Of a stretch of 64,000 nt of DNA, positions 24,567 through 35,756 are shown piece by piece. Position numbers and translations under genes: made by a program. Within the stretch, counting starts at the first letter, position 1; every line of letters starts with the position of its first letter. Under the pieces are notes generated by a model. The model saw only the letters and a list, made by a program, of their open reading frames with translations. It searched no databases and had not been told where the DNA came from. Source of the stretch: Ylistrum balloti (taxonomy: Eukaryota); the NCBI RefSeq assembly GCF_031769215.1, contig NW_026782754.1:372001-436000 (forward strand), read 5' to 3'.

Positions 24567-27500
24567 GTAAGAATGGATCAAATAAACTTGTACATCATAT
24601 GACATTCTGAAGTTTAGTCTTTAAGATACCATAATATTCATCGTAATATATTCACAGTGTGCTTATAAAATCACAAAAAAGTATAATGGATGTGTTTATT
24701 AAAACCAGTCACAGAAGAAATTTGTGAAATCTATTGTCAAATGACTCAAAAAATATGAAGAAGCTTTCATTCAAGTCAATTGTTTAAACAGTACCAAGTT
24801 CTTCATTTCCATCACATAACTTGTGTTTCTTGCAATGGATTTCAAGTTATCAACCAAAGTTGGTGTGTTAATTGCTAGTATATATATTATCAAGATCTTG
24901 CAAGAGACCATTATTGGGGAAAATCCCCATTTACCAGAGTTATAATAGGACTGGATTTTCTACAAACTTTGGTGTGTTGCTTCATATAATCAAGATCTTG
25001 GATGAGTTTAATATTGAGAAAAATCAGTCAAGTTGCTAAAGTTATGGGACTTGAAATCTGTTAAAAGTGGTTATTTCTGCGTAGGGCTGCCACAATGTAT
25101 TGGTATATATCTATATATTGCAATACACTTTTATCATATTGTATCGCAATGCAGATGCTTGAAAATCGATTCTTCACAATGCAGGTATTATGTGTATTTT
25201 GGACTAATTCCCCTTCATTATTGTCATTTCAAACAATAAAGTTATATCATTCTTTTGAACATGAATTAAAAGCGATGGTATTGCTTTCTTCTAGAATGCC
25301 CTATTTCATTGTTCCTCAATCAATATTCTATTCTTGCGAGCAAATGTGTATGACCTACAGTGACAAAAACACAGTGCAATACATTACACAATGTCAGTGT
25401 TTTTCCAGGGTATTTAGGGAATTTTTCAAAAATTGCAATTTTGGGATTTTATCCGTACCTGTGAAAACCTCTGAACTTTTTTTTCAAATTTTGAAATATT
25501 AATTTTCCATAAAATAAGAATTTTTGTTTCCACGGCAGACATTTTAAAATCTAAATCCGGATATTTTAGAATGAATGTTTTGTGTGTTGCGGTATATATA
25601 TAGCAATTCACAAACATCATACTTAAATGCAAATAACATTTGTATGTTTTTTCATATTATCAATAGTTTGCTTAGAGTTGTAGACTTTGTCTCATTTTTG
25701 GATAACATCATTGTTTTAATCGATGGATGTTACACACACAAAAAAAAATTCAATTATAGATGAGATACATTAAAAATGAATATTTCATATGTCTTCTCAT
25801 ATCATCGACAAAACATTAACCTTGAATTATAGGGAGCTTTAAAAGGAAATTGTTTTAAAGGCAAGCCTTTACTATTTTTTTTTCTTGTCAATCAAAACTC
25901 TTATCACCGGTATCCTTGTTCTGTTAAAATTTAAAAAGTAATACATGGTTTTTTTTTTTTCAGGTGATGTTGTCTTTGCAAACCTTGAAATTAAAGGCTA
26001 CCCTAAAAGCTGGCCAGGTGTCATCAAGACGCTACACACTGACACTGCAAGTGTATACTTCAAAAGTGATGATGATGAGTGAGTATAACTTGAACTGTAC
26101 TGCAGTGCTGAAAAGTTTTTGTCAGGCTGCCATATAATAAACATCTAATGATATGGCCTGATAAAATTCTAGGCCAAATAAAATCTGAAAAATTAGATGC
26201 AAGGTTTTCTATTTTGGTTTTGATTTAAAGAGTCTATGGAAATGTAACAGCACATGAAATTTAAACATATTTCACTGCCTCTGCTGAGGATTGAACCCTG
26301 GAACCTCTGGTTTACTAGACTGACGCTCAACTGATCGAGCTAAAGAGAAGTTCTCTCTAGCTGAGCGGTATATTGCAGCTAGTATACACCAGGGTTACAG
26401 AAGCAATAACATAAATTTAATGTAAGTTTGAGATACACAAATGTTATCCATCTTAAAGTGCTGTTTCCACTTAAGTACTGCATAACATCATTTGTTTTGC
26501 AATTCATTATACAGTCAATATACATATGAATTGTCATAAATATATATTTATACCATTCAGGTTTACATTGAATCGAAAGAAAATCAAACGTTTTCATCTG
26601 GATGAAACAGAGATTTCCAGAATTGCAAGTATGTAATTATTAGTGACAATGTAGTTTTAACTACTATAGACCATCAATTTATTGTTGGAATTGTGTTCGG
26701 AATTATTATTTTGTTATTAACAAATAACTGCTGGGTACACTTTTCCCCTTGCAATAATGATCATATTATCTACATGTACAGTACATGGAGTAAAATATTT
26801 CTGTATTTTAACTTTTTGATCATGTGATATTTTCAGCAATACAAGCCCTTTGGCAAAGCTTTGGCCCCTGAAGTACATGTGAAAAAAATGAAAATAATCG
26901 ATTATGGATTTTCACTAGCGATTCAGTAACATCATGCTAATAATTGATCGGTAACCAATTACAATCGAGAATCTGCCAAACTCTAATTTGAATACATCAT
27001 TTTGAGGAAGGTCAAGTAGAGGCTGCATCATATGATATTTAATTTTGTTAGGTAGCAAAAAACCAAAGTTACACTTAAATTTTACAGGAATTAAACAAAC
27101 CGAATAATATTTGCAATGACATAAATTTCACAAATGTTGTAGCTACTAGCTGTTGAATTGACATGAAATGTAATCCCTCGTTATTTATATGATAAAGTCA
27201 GGTCCCAACAACATGAACATGAGACCATACAGGATGACAAGATTAACTTGAAAGCTGATAAATTGGAATAAATTGAAGGACATTTATGTTATGCATAAGG
27301 AACATACTGGAGAAGAAACTATTTTGATCCAATCTATATTTTTTTCAGGTAATGTTAAAAACTTGGAAATACGCCATATACTCCTAGAAGATTATGAGTG
27401 GGCAAAAAAGATTTTCCTTGAGACGAGGCCTGAAAAAATCACAGAACTAGACACAGAACCTGGGCCATCACCAAAAGAGGACCACACAGAACCTGGGCCA

Positions 27501-28337
27501 TCACCAATACAGGACCACACAGAACCTGGGCCATCACCACAGAACCTGGGCCATCACCAATACAGGACCACACAGAACCTGGGCCATCACCAATACAGGA
27601 CCACACAGAACCTGGGCCATCAGCAATACAGGACCACACAGAACCTGGGCCATCAGCAATACAGGACCACACAGAACCTGGGCCATCACCAATACAGGAC
27701 CACACAGAACCTGGGCCATCACCAATACAGGACCACACAGAACCTGGGCCATCACCAATACAGGACCACACAGAACCTGGGCCATCACCAATACAGGACC
27801 ACACAGAACCTGGGCCATCACCAATACAGGACCACACAGAACCTGGGCCATCACCAATACAGGACCACACAGAACCTGGGCCATCACCAATACAGGACCA
27901 CACAGAACCTGGGCCATCACCAATACAGGACCACACAGAACCTGGGCCATCACCAATACAGGACCACACAGAACCTGGGCCATCACCAATACAGGACCAC
28001 ACAGAACCTCGGCCATCACCAATACAGGACCACACAGAACCTCGGCCTATGGTACTTTGTCCTAGTGGACTGAATCATGACCAAAAGGTATGAAATCACA
28101 TTAGTAGAGAGATAAAAACTATATTAAGGCCACCTGAAGTCCCATGTTTCGACAAATAGATATGGTCTTGATCGCTGGTCAAGGATTGCCTTCATACACT
28201 TGATTGAACTTTGGCCTTTAACCATGCATACTAATGAAATAATAACTGGATACTATATCTATATTCTGCAAATGTATCCTTGAAAGGAGATTTATAAAAC
28301 TAAACTCAGTAATATTACAAGATTTATGTGGTTTTTG

Positions 28338-28368
<31 letters not shown>

Positions 28369-31300
28369 ATGCCTTTTTTTTTCTAAGAATTTTGCTTTGT
28401 CCAGTGGTACTAAGACCTCCACCAATGGAATCTTATAATAAGTAGTTTGACTCAGTTTCCGTAGCCTGACTTGGTTCAGGTTAGTTGAATTGTCAGCTTG
28501 TGATGTTTTGGACACATTAAAAACATTCGAATGCACAAATTAGAGAAGAAATTAATTTCACATTATAACCTTTGACACCACAGCTAATGCTAGAATCAAG
28601 TAAGAAATGGTTTTACCTGAAATTTTTTTTTATCTTTAACTATCATACTATCAGTATATTCCAACATGGCTTTTTTTTTTTTTTTTTTCAGATGAATGTC
28701 CTTGGCATTTGCAGAGAGTACACGTTCAGATTCAGTAATACATTCAGCAACGAAGTGACACATGTAATAATCAAGACTGGTAGGTGTTATACTCACTGTA
28801 TGTAATGAGAAAAAAAATGCGAAGTCATTGCATTTCTTCTGTCAGAATGAAAGATTTTTTTAGCCCACCATCTGATAATAGGAGGGCTATGCAAATCACT
28901 TTTTCTGTGGTCTGGCGTGCATCCTTATACAATATTTGTTATCGCTATTTCTATGAAGGTTCCAACCTGAGGTCTAGTTTTGCATGTCGTGTTTTCGGAC
29001 TGACCTGACTTCAAGACAGGTGGCCATATTGGATTTTGAAAACATTGCTAAAATTACTTTAATAGAGCAGCAAAATACATAGCCCATTTTTTTTCCAAAT
29101 TATGCTGATAATAATGCAAGTGTAGATTAATGTGTTTGATTTGAAACTGCTGGCAAAAGGCAAGCTCAAATATCTTTTGGTTTTTATATCAAATGTATTA
29201 TAATTTTCTCTGCATGAAAACAAAATTTGTTTGTAATCATGATAAAATGTTTGTAGACACATAATTAGACAAGCCAGGGTGGTTTCAGGGAACTCAGAAT
29301 TTGTTACAGATACATGTACTGTTTACAGATTGAACATAAAACTTGCTTTTGCATTATTTGGTCTGATTTCATTGAATTCCAACTTTGGTTATTGTACTGT
29401 TGAAATGTCAGTAATTTCATTGCAGAACCTGTCGGAAGTCGTATTTGTGAACGTACCATGAAGTTTTTTAAAGGTATAGCAAAAGGGTGCTGGATCCTTG
29501 ACTACCAATGGATTGTAGAAAGTGTATCTGCGAGTCATCTTTTACCAGAGGTAACATAATTTATGCAATATACTAAAGCTCATCTGTTGTACATTCTGGA
29601 CCATAGGCTTGATATTGATATTGAGAAACATATATTAGTGTAAAGTGTATGTAGTTTTCTTAAAGCTGGCAGGGTCATTGAAGAGCTTGCCATATTTAGA
29701 TTGTGAAAGAAAGTTGGTGAACCCACAAAAAAATCAAATGTCCAAAGTTGGATTCCAACCATGAAATCCAGTGGTTGAGGGTTTTAGCAATAGGTATTAA
29801 TGTGTCCTAGGTGCTAACCACTCACCCGCCATGGAGGCATTTACCATTTATTTCAGATTTTGACATTGATATTTTAAACTATTTTATGAAGTATCAAAGA
29901 GTGAGTTTTCCCCCATTGTATGTTTCATATTTAATTTTTGAAAACCATGGAAATGAAAGCAAAAAAAACGTGACACTGTGACATGTTTCTAATTTTGAGT
30001 TGATGAAATAAAAATGTGTGGTATTTCATAGGAAGATTTCGAATTCATAGGAGATGAAGTCACTACTGAAAAGCACTTTGGGCCAGAAAAGTCGCGGTTG
30101 AGAGCGTCACCACTTCTGGAAGGATATGGAATATACTGCTGTGGAAGAGCAACTAATATTTCAAAAGGTAAATCTAACTTCAAAATTATCTGGTCATTTT
30201 AAGACTTAAAGTTTTAAGTGCATTAGATATCTAAAGTTAGAGCGAGGTACTTCCAGAAGAGAGTCTGACAAAATAATCTGACACTCTACTTACTCTGCTG
30301 GAAGTGACTGATGGCTTGATTGCCAGCTAGACTTATAAACTTCTAAATTACCGAAAATTGTTTGCTGGATAGTGAAGAAAATATTCTGAAGTCAATTCTA
30401 AATTATAATGTCTTTCAGATGATCTCGAGGAGCTGATAATTTGGTGTGGTGGGTCCTTAATAGATCCTGCAAAATCAAAAACCTCTAATATAAGAAAGCT
30501 TGCTGTGGCATGTGTAGACGAATCCTTATTCGATTATGACATAGCGAAAGGTGAGTATCAGCACCTGAATTTTGTACTTGCTGAATATGTAATTTACAGT
30601 AAATGTAATGTACTTTTGCCAAATTACCTGTCATTCAAATACATAGGCCATAAAATAAATGAAATCTGCTATTCATGCACTTTATGCTGTATAAGATGTT
30701 TTTTGTGTGTATTTAATTTTACCAAATTGCGTGACTGTTTAAATTGCAAAAATTAAAAATCATAAAATTTCCACAACAATGTTTATTTGTACTACTTATA
30801 GTTACATCCCTATTAGTTTCTTCACATAGATTGCTTATAAAGTTTATGTTGACACATGACTGCTCAATTATAATACCTGGGTTCCGTGTATTTCATTCAG
30901 TGTTACAAGTTTGACGTTTAAATACCAGAGCACTTTCTAATCTTGATTACTTCTCAGACAAATATATGTTAATCCATCGACTGGTCAGTTTGTTTTCATC
31001 TTATCTATACCTACATGTGTATCCAACAATATTCATAATTTAAAAAAGAAGGCTACCAAGGAAACCTCTATATTATTGGAACTTAGCATTGTTTTGTCTG
31101 TCTTAGAATTGAAAATGTTTACCAAATTTGCTAATTTCAGTTGGTTTTATTTTTTGCCTCGAGACCATTTTCATCTCTGCTCACTCTTTTAATGTATGTT
31201 TTTCTTCATAACGATCAAATTGCGAAAACGTCAATATGCCTAAATTGCAAACGCAAAACTAACCTGATATATAATGATATCAATTTTAATCTGACCTTAA

Positions 31301-33292
31301 TTAATCCCCCACCAGGAAGCGGAGGGGGGACTATAGTTTTGCATTGTCTTCCCGCAATCTTGTCCGGACTCTAACTCGTAATTAGTCGTATACTATTTGA
31401 TACTTTAACTTCAAACTTGGCACGTGGATGCACCATAGTGCGATAGTATGTCACATACCAAAATTAGTTCACTGTGACCTTGGCTTGACCTTTGACTTCC
31501 TTCAAAGTATGCCTGGTGGGGAGACCTTCATGGGTCACGACATTAATGTTCACATATCATTCTACAGACTTCCAGAGTCTACTATCCAAGTGGCAAAGCT
31601 TGGGAAATTTCTGCTAGCCTTGATTCTGGAGAAATCAGTAAATTTAGTTCCTGTACACTTGATGGCGTCACTTTAGATGAAAACGGTAAGCAGTTCAAAT
31701 TTTGCAGTATGTTAAGAGCACTGTACTGTGTTAGAGTACAAAAATAACATTAAATGATAGAAAATATACCCGAATCATAACATGTGAAAATTAGGTCCAT
31801 AGTTTTCATCATTGCAATTAAGACCGGAACCCCTCTATTATAAAAGGGAATCTATAAATTAGTGCCCCACTTTGGGGTGATTGAATCAAGTATGCATTAG
31901 ACGGCCGAAATTGGACGTAGATCTTGCTGTACCTGGAATGGACACAAACATAACATTATCTGTGAAATTCTAGTTTCTGTTGTAAATGACTTGCAGTTAT
32001 TGATTGGATGTAAAGCAAATGTTCATTAAAGGTAACTTGTACAATTATTTGATAAACTAGATATTGATGTAGAAGATGACCAGGAGGTTGAAGCAATGGG
32101 GGATTCCTCAGAATCTGATCTTGGAGACTCTGATGATGATGACCTGCATGTAGAGCAAGGTTTGTTTGACAGTTTGTTGTTCATTATCTATGATCGTATT
32201 TATGTCGTTGAATTGATAATTTGTTTACTATGACCTGCCTTATTCAACTTAGAGATGGGGCATAAAAATTAAATCAAGCAAGAATGATTTTTAGAGAGGG
32301 ATGAAAGTTACTTGCTTAACCTTAATACAGTAGTAAAAGTTCTTTGATCCAACTAATGCTATACAGTTGTGGCATGTAAATAAGAGTACCCCAACCATAC
32401 AAAACAAGACCTGCAAAGTGTGCCAAATATGGTCATTGTAACGTGTAATGTCGTACTGTGCGTTATGAACCAAAGTAATTAACCCTTTCCTCCTTTATTT
32501 TACTCATGCTTTAGTAAATATAAAGAGTAAATACTCACGTTGGGAAAAAGTTATCTGGAGCCCTGCTATACCCAAAACAGTAATTGCAAATGTTGTGTCT
32601 ACCAGCAATGAAATTAGCTTGGAAATGTTCAGAAAACTGATAATATATACTATGATAGATATCAGTACCTTATCAGAATTTAGTATACTACAAGTGTAAT
32701 ATATGAATTTCAATTTCAGTTACCCCACGGTCACATTCAGCTCTATCAAAGCCACAAGATTCTAAACGAAAAGGTATGTTAGATTCCTGGGATAGTCTTT
32801 GGTCAGTTTGAAGTTGGATGACCATTAAGATCATGATTATAGGGCCTCTTGGTGTATTAAATGAAAAGGATGTAGCATACATATTTTTATAAGCCTAAAG
32901 TGTTTGTTTTAGATTGACTGAAGAAAGCTGTTTACAGATGACTCCCTAAAAACTAAAATTATTTAGCTCTGTTATTTCAGTTACTTTTTACAGCATCTGT
33001 AACAAACTTTGAATTAAAATATTCATCTCAAATAGGGATATTGGTAATTAATAACCTTTATGTTTTCTTTTTAGGCCAGGTCATCTTGAACACAAAACAG
33101 CAGGCTTGCTTGAGGAAATTGTTTGGAGAAAATATTTTACTTCGCCGAGAACTGAAGATGAAAGAGTGTAAAGATGCTATTGCAGATAATGAATGTCTGA
33201 GAAGCTTGGAATGGAGAAAAGTAAAGAACACTGTGCACAATTGGATTATGAATGAAAAGAGGAAAACAAGAAAAATATCAACGTTCTCATAG
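24500..33292 (+). CDS. 13-exon gene: NLS-PWWP-(HTEPGPSPIQD)n-tandem BRCT (BRCA1-type)-acidic tract-C-terminal helical domain; ~665 aa if the exon-4 frameshift is repaired
   Basis: Exons 24500-24566, 25964-26078, 26561-26628, 27349-28087, 28692-28779, 29426-29550, 30032-30167, 30419-30550, 30958-30983, 31568-31685, 32061-32159, 32720-32773, 33075-33292. All have GT-AG flanks and matching phases; the only break is a 13-nt deletion at 27539/27540. Confidence 0.85.
25964..26078 (+). CDS. Exon 2, PWWP core (GDVVFANLEIKGYPKSWPGVIK...VYFKSDDD)
   Basis: tttcag|...GA|gtgagt; fits the PWWP pattern GDxVxA-x-KGYPxWP...VxF. Confidence 0.85.
26276..26382 (-). mobile_element. tRNA-derived (Thr-AGT-like) SINE/pseudo-tRNA in intron 2
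   Basis: Minus strand tctttagctcgatcagttgagcgtcagtctagtaaaccagaggttccagggttcaatcctcagcagaggca: A/B-box-like with a ctAGTaa loop, but stems are imperfect. Confidence 0.6.
26561..26628 (+). CDS. Exon 3, PWWP beta4-5 (E-FTLNRKKIKRFHLDETEISRIA)
   Basis: cattcag|...GCAA|gtatgt; phase 2 to 1. Confidence 0.8.
27349..28087 (+). CDS. Exon 4: PWWP helix, 33-bp coding repeats, BRCT1 start (RPMVLCPSGLNHDQK); frameshifted internally
   Basis: tttttcag|GT AAT ... CAA AAG|gtatga. Length 739 is out of phase; adding back the missing 13 nt restores it. Confidence 0.8.
27451..28047. repeat. 33-bp coding minisatellite (ACACAGAACCTGGGCCATCACCAATACAGGACC), about 18 copies
   Basis: 11-aa periodicity HTEPGPSPIQD / TTQNLGHHQYR; the third unit lacks ATACAGGACCACA. 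Confidence 0.97.
28692..28779 (+). CDS. Exon 5, BRCT1 (MNVLGICREYTFRFSNTFSNEVTHVIIKT)
   Basis: ttttcag|...ACTG|gtaggt; THV motif of BRCT beta3. Confidence 0.88.
28857..29120 (+). mobile_element. HINE-like element fragment in intron 5
   Basis: T-run then TTAGCCCACCATC...GGAGGGCTATGCAAATC 5' hairpin; body resembles the other HINE copies. Confidence 0.5.
29426..29550 (+). CDS. Exon 6, BRCT1 (CERTMKFFKGIAKGCWILDYQWIVES)
   Basis: Closely parallels BRCA1 [26 protein letters not shown]; cattgcag|...GAG|gtaaca. Confidence 0.92.
30032..30167 (+). CDS. Exon 7, BRCT linker and BRCT2 start (EDFEFIGD...HFGPEKSR...YCCGRATNISK)
   Basis: Parallels BRCA1 HDFEVRGD...HQGPKRAR...ICCYGPFTNMP; ttcatag|...AAAG|gtaaat. 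Confidence 0.9.
30419..30550 (+). CDS. Exon 8, BRCT2 (DDLEELIIWCGGSLID...)
   Basis: Parallels BRCA1 DQLEWMVQLCGASVV; tttcag|...AAAG|gtgagt. Confidence 0.88.
30958..30983 (+). CDS. Predicted 26-nt micro-exon 9 (D-KYMLIHRL)
   Basis: cttgattacttctcag|...CTG|gtcagt; the best candidate found that converts phase 1 to phase 0 without a stop. Confidence 0.55.
31303..31550 (+). mobile_element. Short HINE/DINE-like non-autonomous element in intron 9
   Basis: ttaatcccccaccagg...ggagggggactatag 5' end; cctggtggggaga near the 3' end is an inverted match; body has aaacttggcac / tgaccttg motifs. Confidence 0.6.
31568..31685 (+). CDS. Exon 10, BRCT2 end (TSRVYYPSGKAWEISASLDSGEISKFSSCTL...)
   Basis: ttctacag|...AACG|gtaagc; phase 0 to 1. 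Confidence 0.7.
32061..32159 (+). CDS. Exon 11, acidic tract (DIDVEDDQEVEAMGDSSESDLGDSDDDDLHVEQ)
   Basis: aactag|...CAAG|gtttgt; phase 1 to 1. Confidence 0.8.
32720..32773 (+). CDS. Exon 12 (VTPRSHSALSKPQDSKRK)
   Basis: atttcag|...AAAG|gtatgt; phase 1 to 1. Confidence 0.75.
33075..33292 (+). CDS. Terminal exon 13, helical domain (…LRKLFGENILLRRELKMKECKDAI…LEWRKVKNTVHNWIMNEKRK…)
   Basis: ttctttttag|GC CAG ... TAG; AATAAA at ~33437. Confidence 0.85.
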
Positions 33293-33521
33293 GAATGATA
33301 TAGGAACAATCATGACACTTAAAAAAAATCATTATTCAATGGGTCAGAGACCAAGGTTTATAACATTAATTTCATTTTCACGGAAAATCTGGCTTGTGAA
33401 CAGATAGTCACCTTGGTGTTTGTCATAATGTCAGTGTAATAAAGATTACATTTTTTTTCATTGGTAAATATTTCATGACATCATGTCTATCTATACATGT
33501 AGCTATCAACCCAATATTTTA

Positions 33522-34748
33522 TTAGGTCACCTGAGACAAAGTCTCATGGTGACTTATTCTGATCGCCTTTTGTCCGGCGTCGTGCGACGTGCGTCTATAA
33601 ACAATTTACATTTTCGACTTCTTCTCTGAAACCCTTTAACCAATTTCAATGAAAGTTTGCAGAAACCTTCCATGGCCAAAGGTCAACCAAAATTGTAAAT
33701 TATATGATCCCTGACCCCAGGGGACCTGAGGGGCGGGGCCAAAAGGGGTCAAATTGACTGAAATTTTAAAATCTTCTACTCAACACTCAGGCATTGTAGA
33801 ATCAAATACTCTTCATAGGCAGAAATGTCTTCAGGTACTTTAACAAAATTGTAATTTTCATGACCCTGGGGTCCCAGCTTTTCCCATGGGGAGGGGATCA
33901 ATTTTATTATAGTTTTTATTGGGAAATCGTATTTTTGACCATTATTTCTGCATTGAAATATATTCAGACTTGGGTGGCATTATCAGTATTGGACAGCAGT
34001 TTGATGTTATGCACATATCAGATCTGACTGACCCCTAGGGGCTGATGGGTGTGGCCAAAAAGGGGCCAAATTGACTAAAACATCATAAATCTTCTCAACA
34101 CCCAAACATGCTATTATCAAATACTTTTTATGGATTGCAAGGTTTTAGATTCCTTATCCTAAATTGTGAATTTCATGGTGCCAGGGACCCACTTTACTCC
34201 CTGGGGAGGGGGTCAAGTTTCCTATAGATTATATAGGAAAACAAGAGTTTTGGTCACAATTTGTTTTAATTCTTTCAGAATTGATTCACACCAGCTTAGA
34301 GTGATTAGTTTTGGATAACCCTTTGGTCTCATTTCAAAATTTACCCGCATTGGGTTGCCCCCATGGGCCAGAGGGGTGGGGCCGAAAAAAGGGTAAAATA
34401 GACTAAAACTTCAAAAATTTTCTTCTCTGCACCCGGTTATGCTAGGATCAAATACTTTTCCTAGATGGAAAGGTCCTTTACCTAAATTGTGAATTTCGTG
34501 ACCCTTTCCTCCTGGGGAGGGGTTAAAGTTTACTATAGTTTATTTAGGAAAATACCATTTTTGTTTATAATTTATATTTAAATTCTATTGGAAATTATTT
34601 AAAATTACTTAGAATCATTAGTATTGGATACAAGTTTGATGACATCTCCTAACTGACGCTTACTGTCCCTCTTGGGGCCTGATGAAAATTAATCTTGCAA
34701 TTGGTACCCTTTTACTCAGGTGACCGTTAAGGCCCATGGGCCTCTTGT
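33522..34748 (+). mobile_element. Full-length HINE (non-autonomous Helentron-type) with ~3 internal ~320-bp repeats
   Basis: 5' hairpin AGGTCACCTGAGACAAAGTCTCATGGTGACTT; subterminal inverted CTCAGGTGACC at 34715; 3' palindrome AGGCCCATGGGCCT then CTTGT. Confidence 0.88.
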
Positions 34749-35234
34749 CCACAAATAATTTCCTGCTGACTCATAAATCAACTATTAAATTCAATAAATA
34801 AAGGTTGGATGATTACTGTACATGAAATAGATAGGTGAAGACCCGGCCATATCTAACATTTTATCCAAGCTGGTAAAAAGTATAATATTGCTTTAATGTT
34901 AAAGATGTCCCATTTATAGTCTTACGTGGAAGTTTTCAATAGAAAAAATAAGGTATATTTTGCAATTGAAATGAGATGTCATTTTGAAATGAAGATAAAT
35001 GAAAAGCAGTAGTTGTGTACGAAGTTTGGCTTATAATTTTGTGTTTTTGACTTGTTTTATTTATGTTTTTGCTATGTTGGCATAAGGAAAGTGTAAATCA
35101 TTTGTTGTTCATCAGACAGATGTTTTTTTCAGGTTTGCATTGTGATTTTGTTGTTGAAAACTATTAAGGAAATCTGCAGTGGTGGGAAACAAAAGATAAA
35201 CAAGAGATATCTTGATTGTTTTTCTCTACCTTTG

Positions 35235-35756
35235 TAGCTCACCTGGCCTTAAGGGCCAAGTGAGCTGATGCCATGGTATCCGTCATCCGCTTGTCCATGC
35301 TTTAAACAACTTCTTTTCAATAACAACTAGAAAAAAAATGACCTGAAACTTGTCAGAAAGGATCTTTACATGGTCCCGACAAAGTGTTGTTACTTTTCAG
35401 GCTGGTCCAATGGTGCCAGGTTGCCATTTTGAAAAATTATTTCAAGCTTCATCTCAAGTTGTACTTTTGCGATTGATCTGAAACTTGTCTGAAGTGATCT
35501 TGACATAATTACAACATAGTGTTGTTGATTTTAGCATTGGTTTCAAATCAAAGAAAATCTTGAAAGGAACTTTTTCTCAGGTTTTACCGGTGGAAATTGG
35601 GCTGACACTTGACTAAAAGGATCCTGGCATGGTCCAACAAAGTGTTGTTACCTTTTGGGTCAGTTCAACTTCAAGATGGTTCCTAACAAATCTGCAAATG
35701 TCTTTTCATAAACATTTATGCCAGGTGAGTGATACAGGCCCAATGGGCTTCTTGTT
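35235..35756 (+). mobile_element. HINE (non-autonomous Helentron-type)
   Basis: TAGCTCACCTGGCCTTAAGGGCCAAGTGAGCT 5' hairpin; 3' CCAGGTGAGTGATACAGGCCCAATGGGCTTCTTGTT. Confidence 0.85.

Noticed and set aside
25082-25200. TAGGGCTG... hAT-like MITE end in intron 1
   Set aside because: No matching CAGCCCTA end or TSD found, so it cannot be delimited.
26276-26350. Functional tRNA-Thr gene
   Set aside because: Acceptor, D and T stems are mismatched and it is embedded in repeat-like flanks; treated as a SINE/pseudo-tRNA.
26837-26872. Candidate exon QYKPFGKALAPE in intron 3
   Set aside because: In the required phase (1) it hits TGA; exon 3 joins exon 4 in frame without it.
27439-28035. Minus-strand ORFs (SVWSCIGDGPG)n and (VMAQVLCGPVL)n
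   Set aside because: Antisense read-through of the 33-bp coding repeat; the splice signals and flanking domains are on the plus strand.
31428-31676. 82-aa ORF overlapping exon 10
   Set aside because: Its first half lies in a HINE-like insert and its frame is incompatible with the downstream exons.
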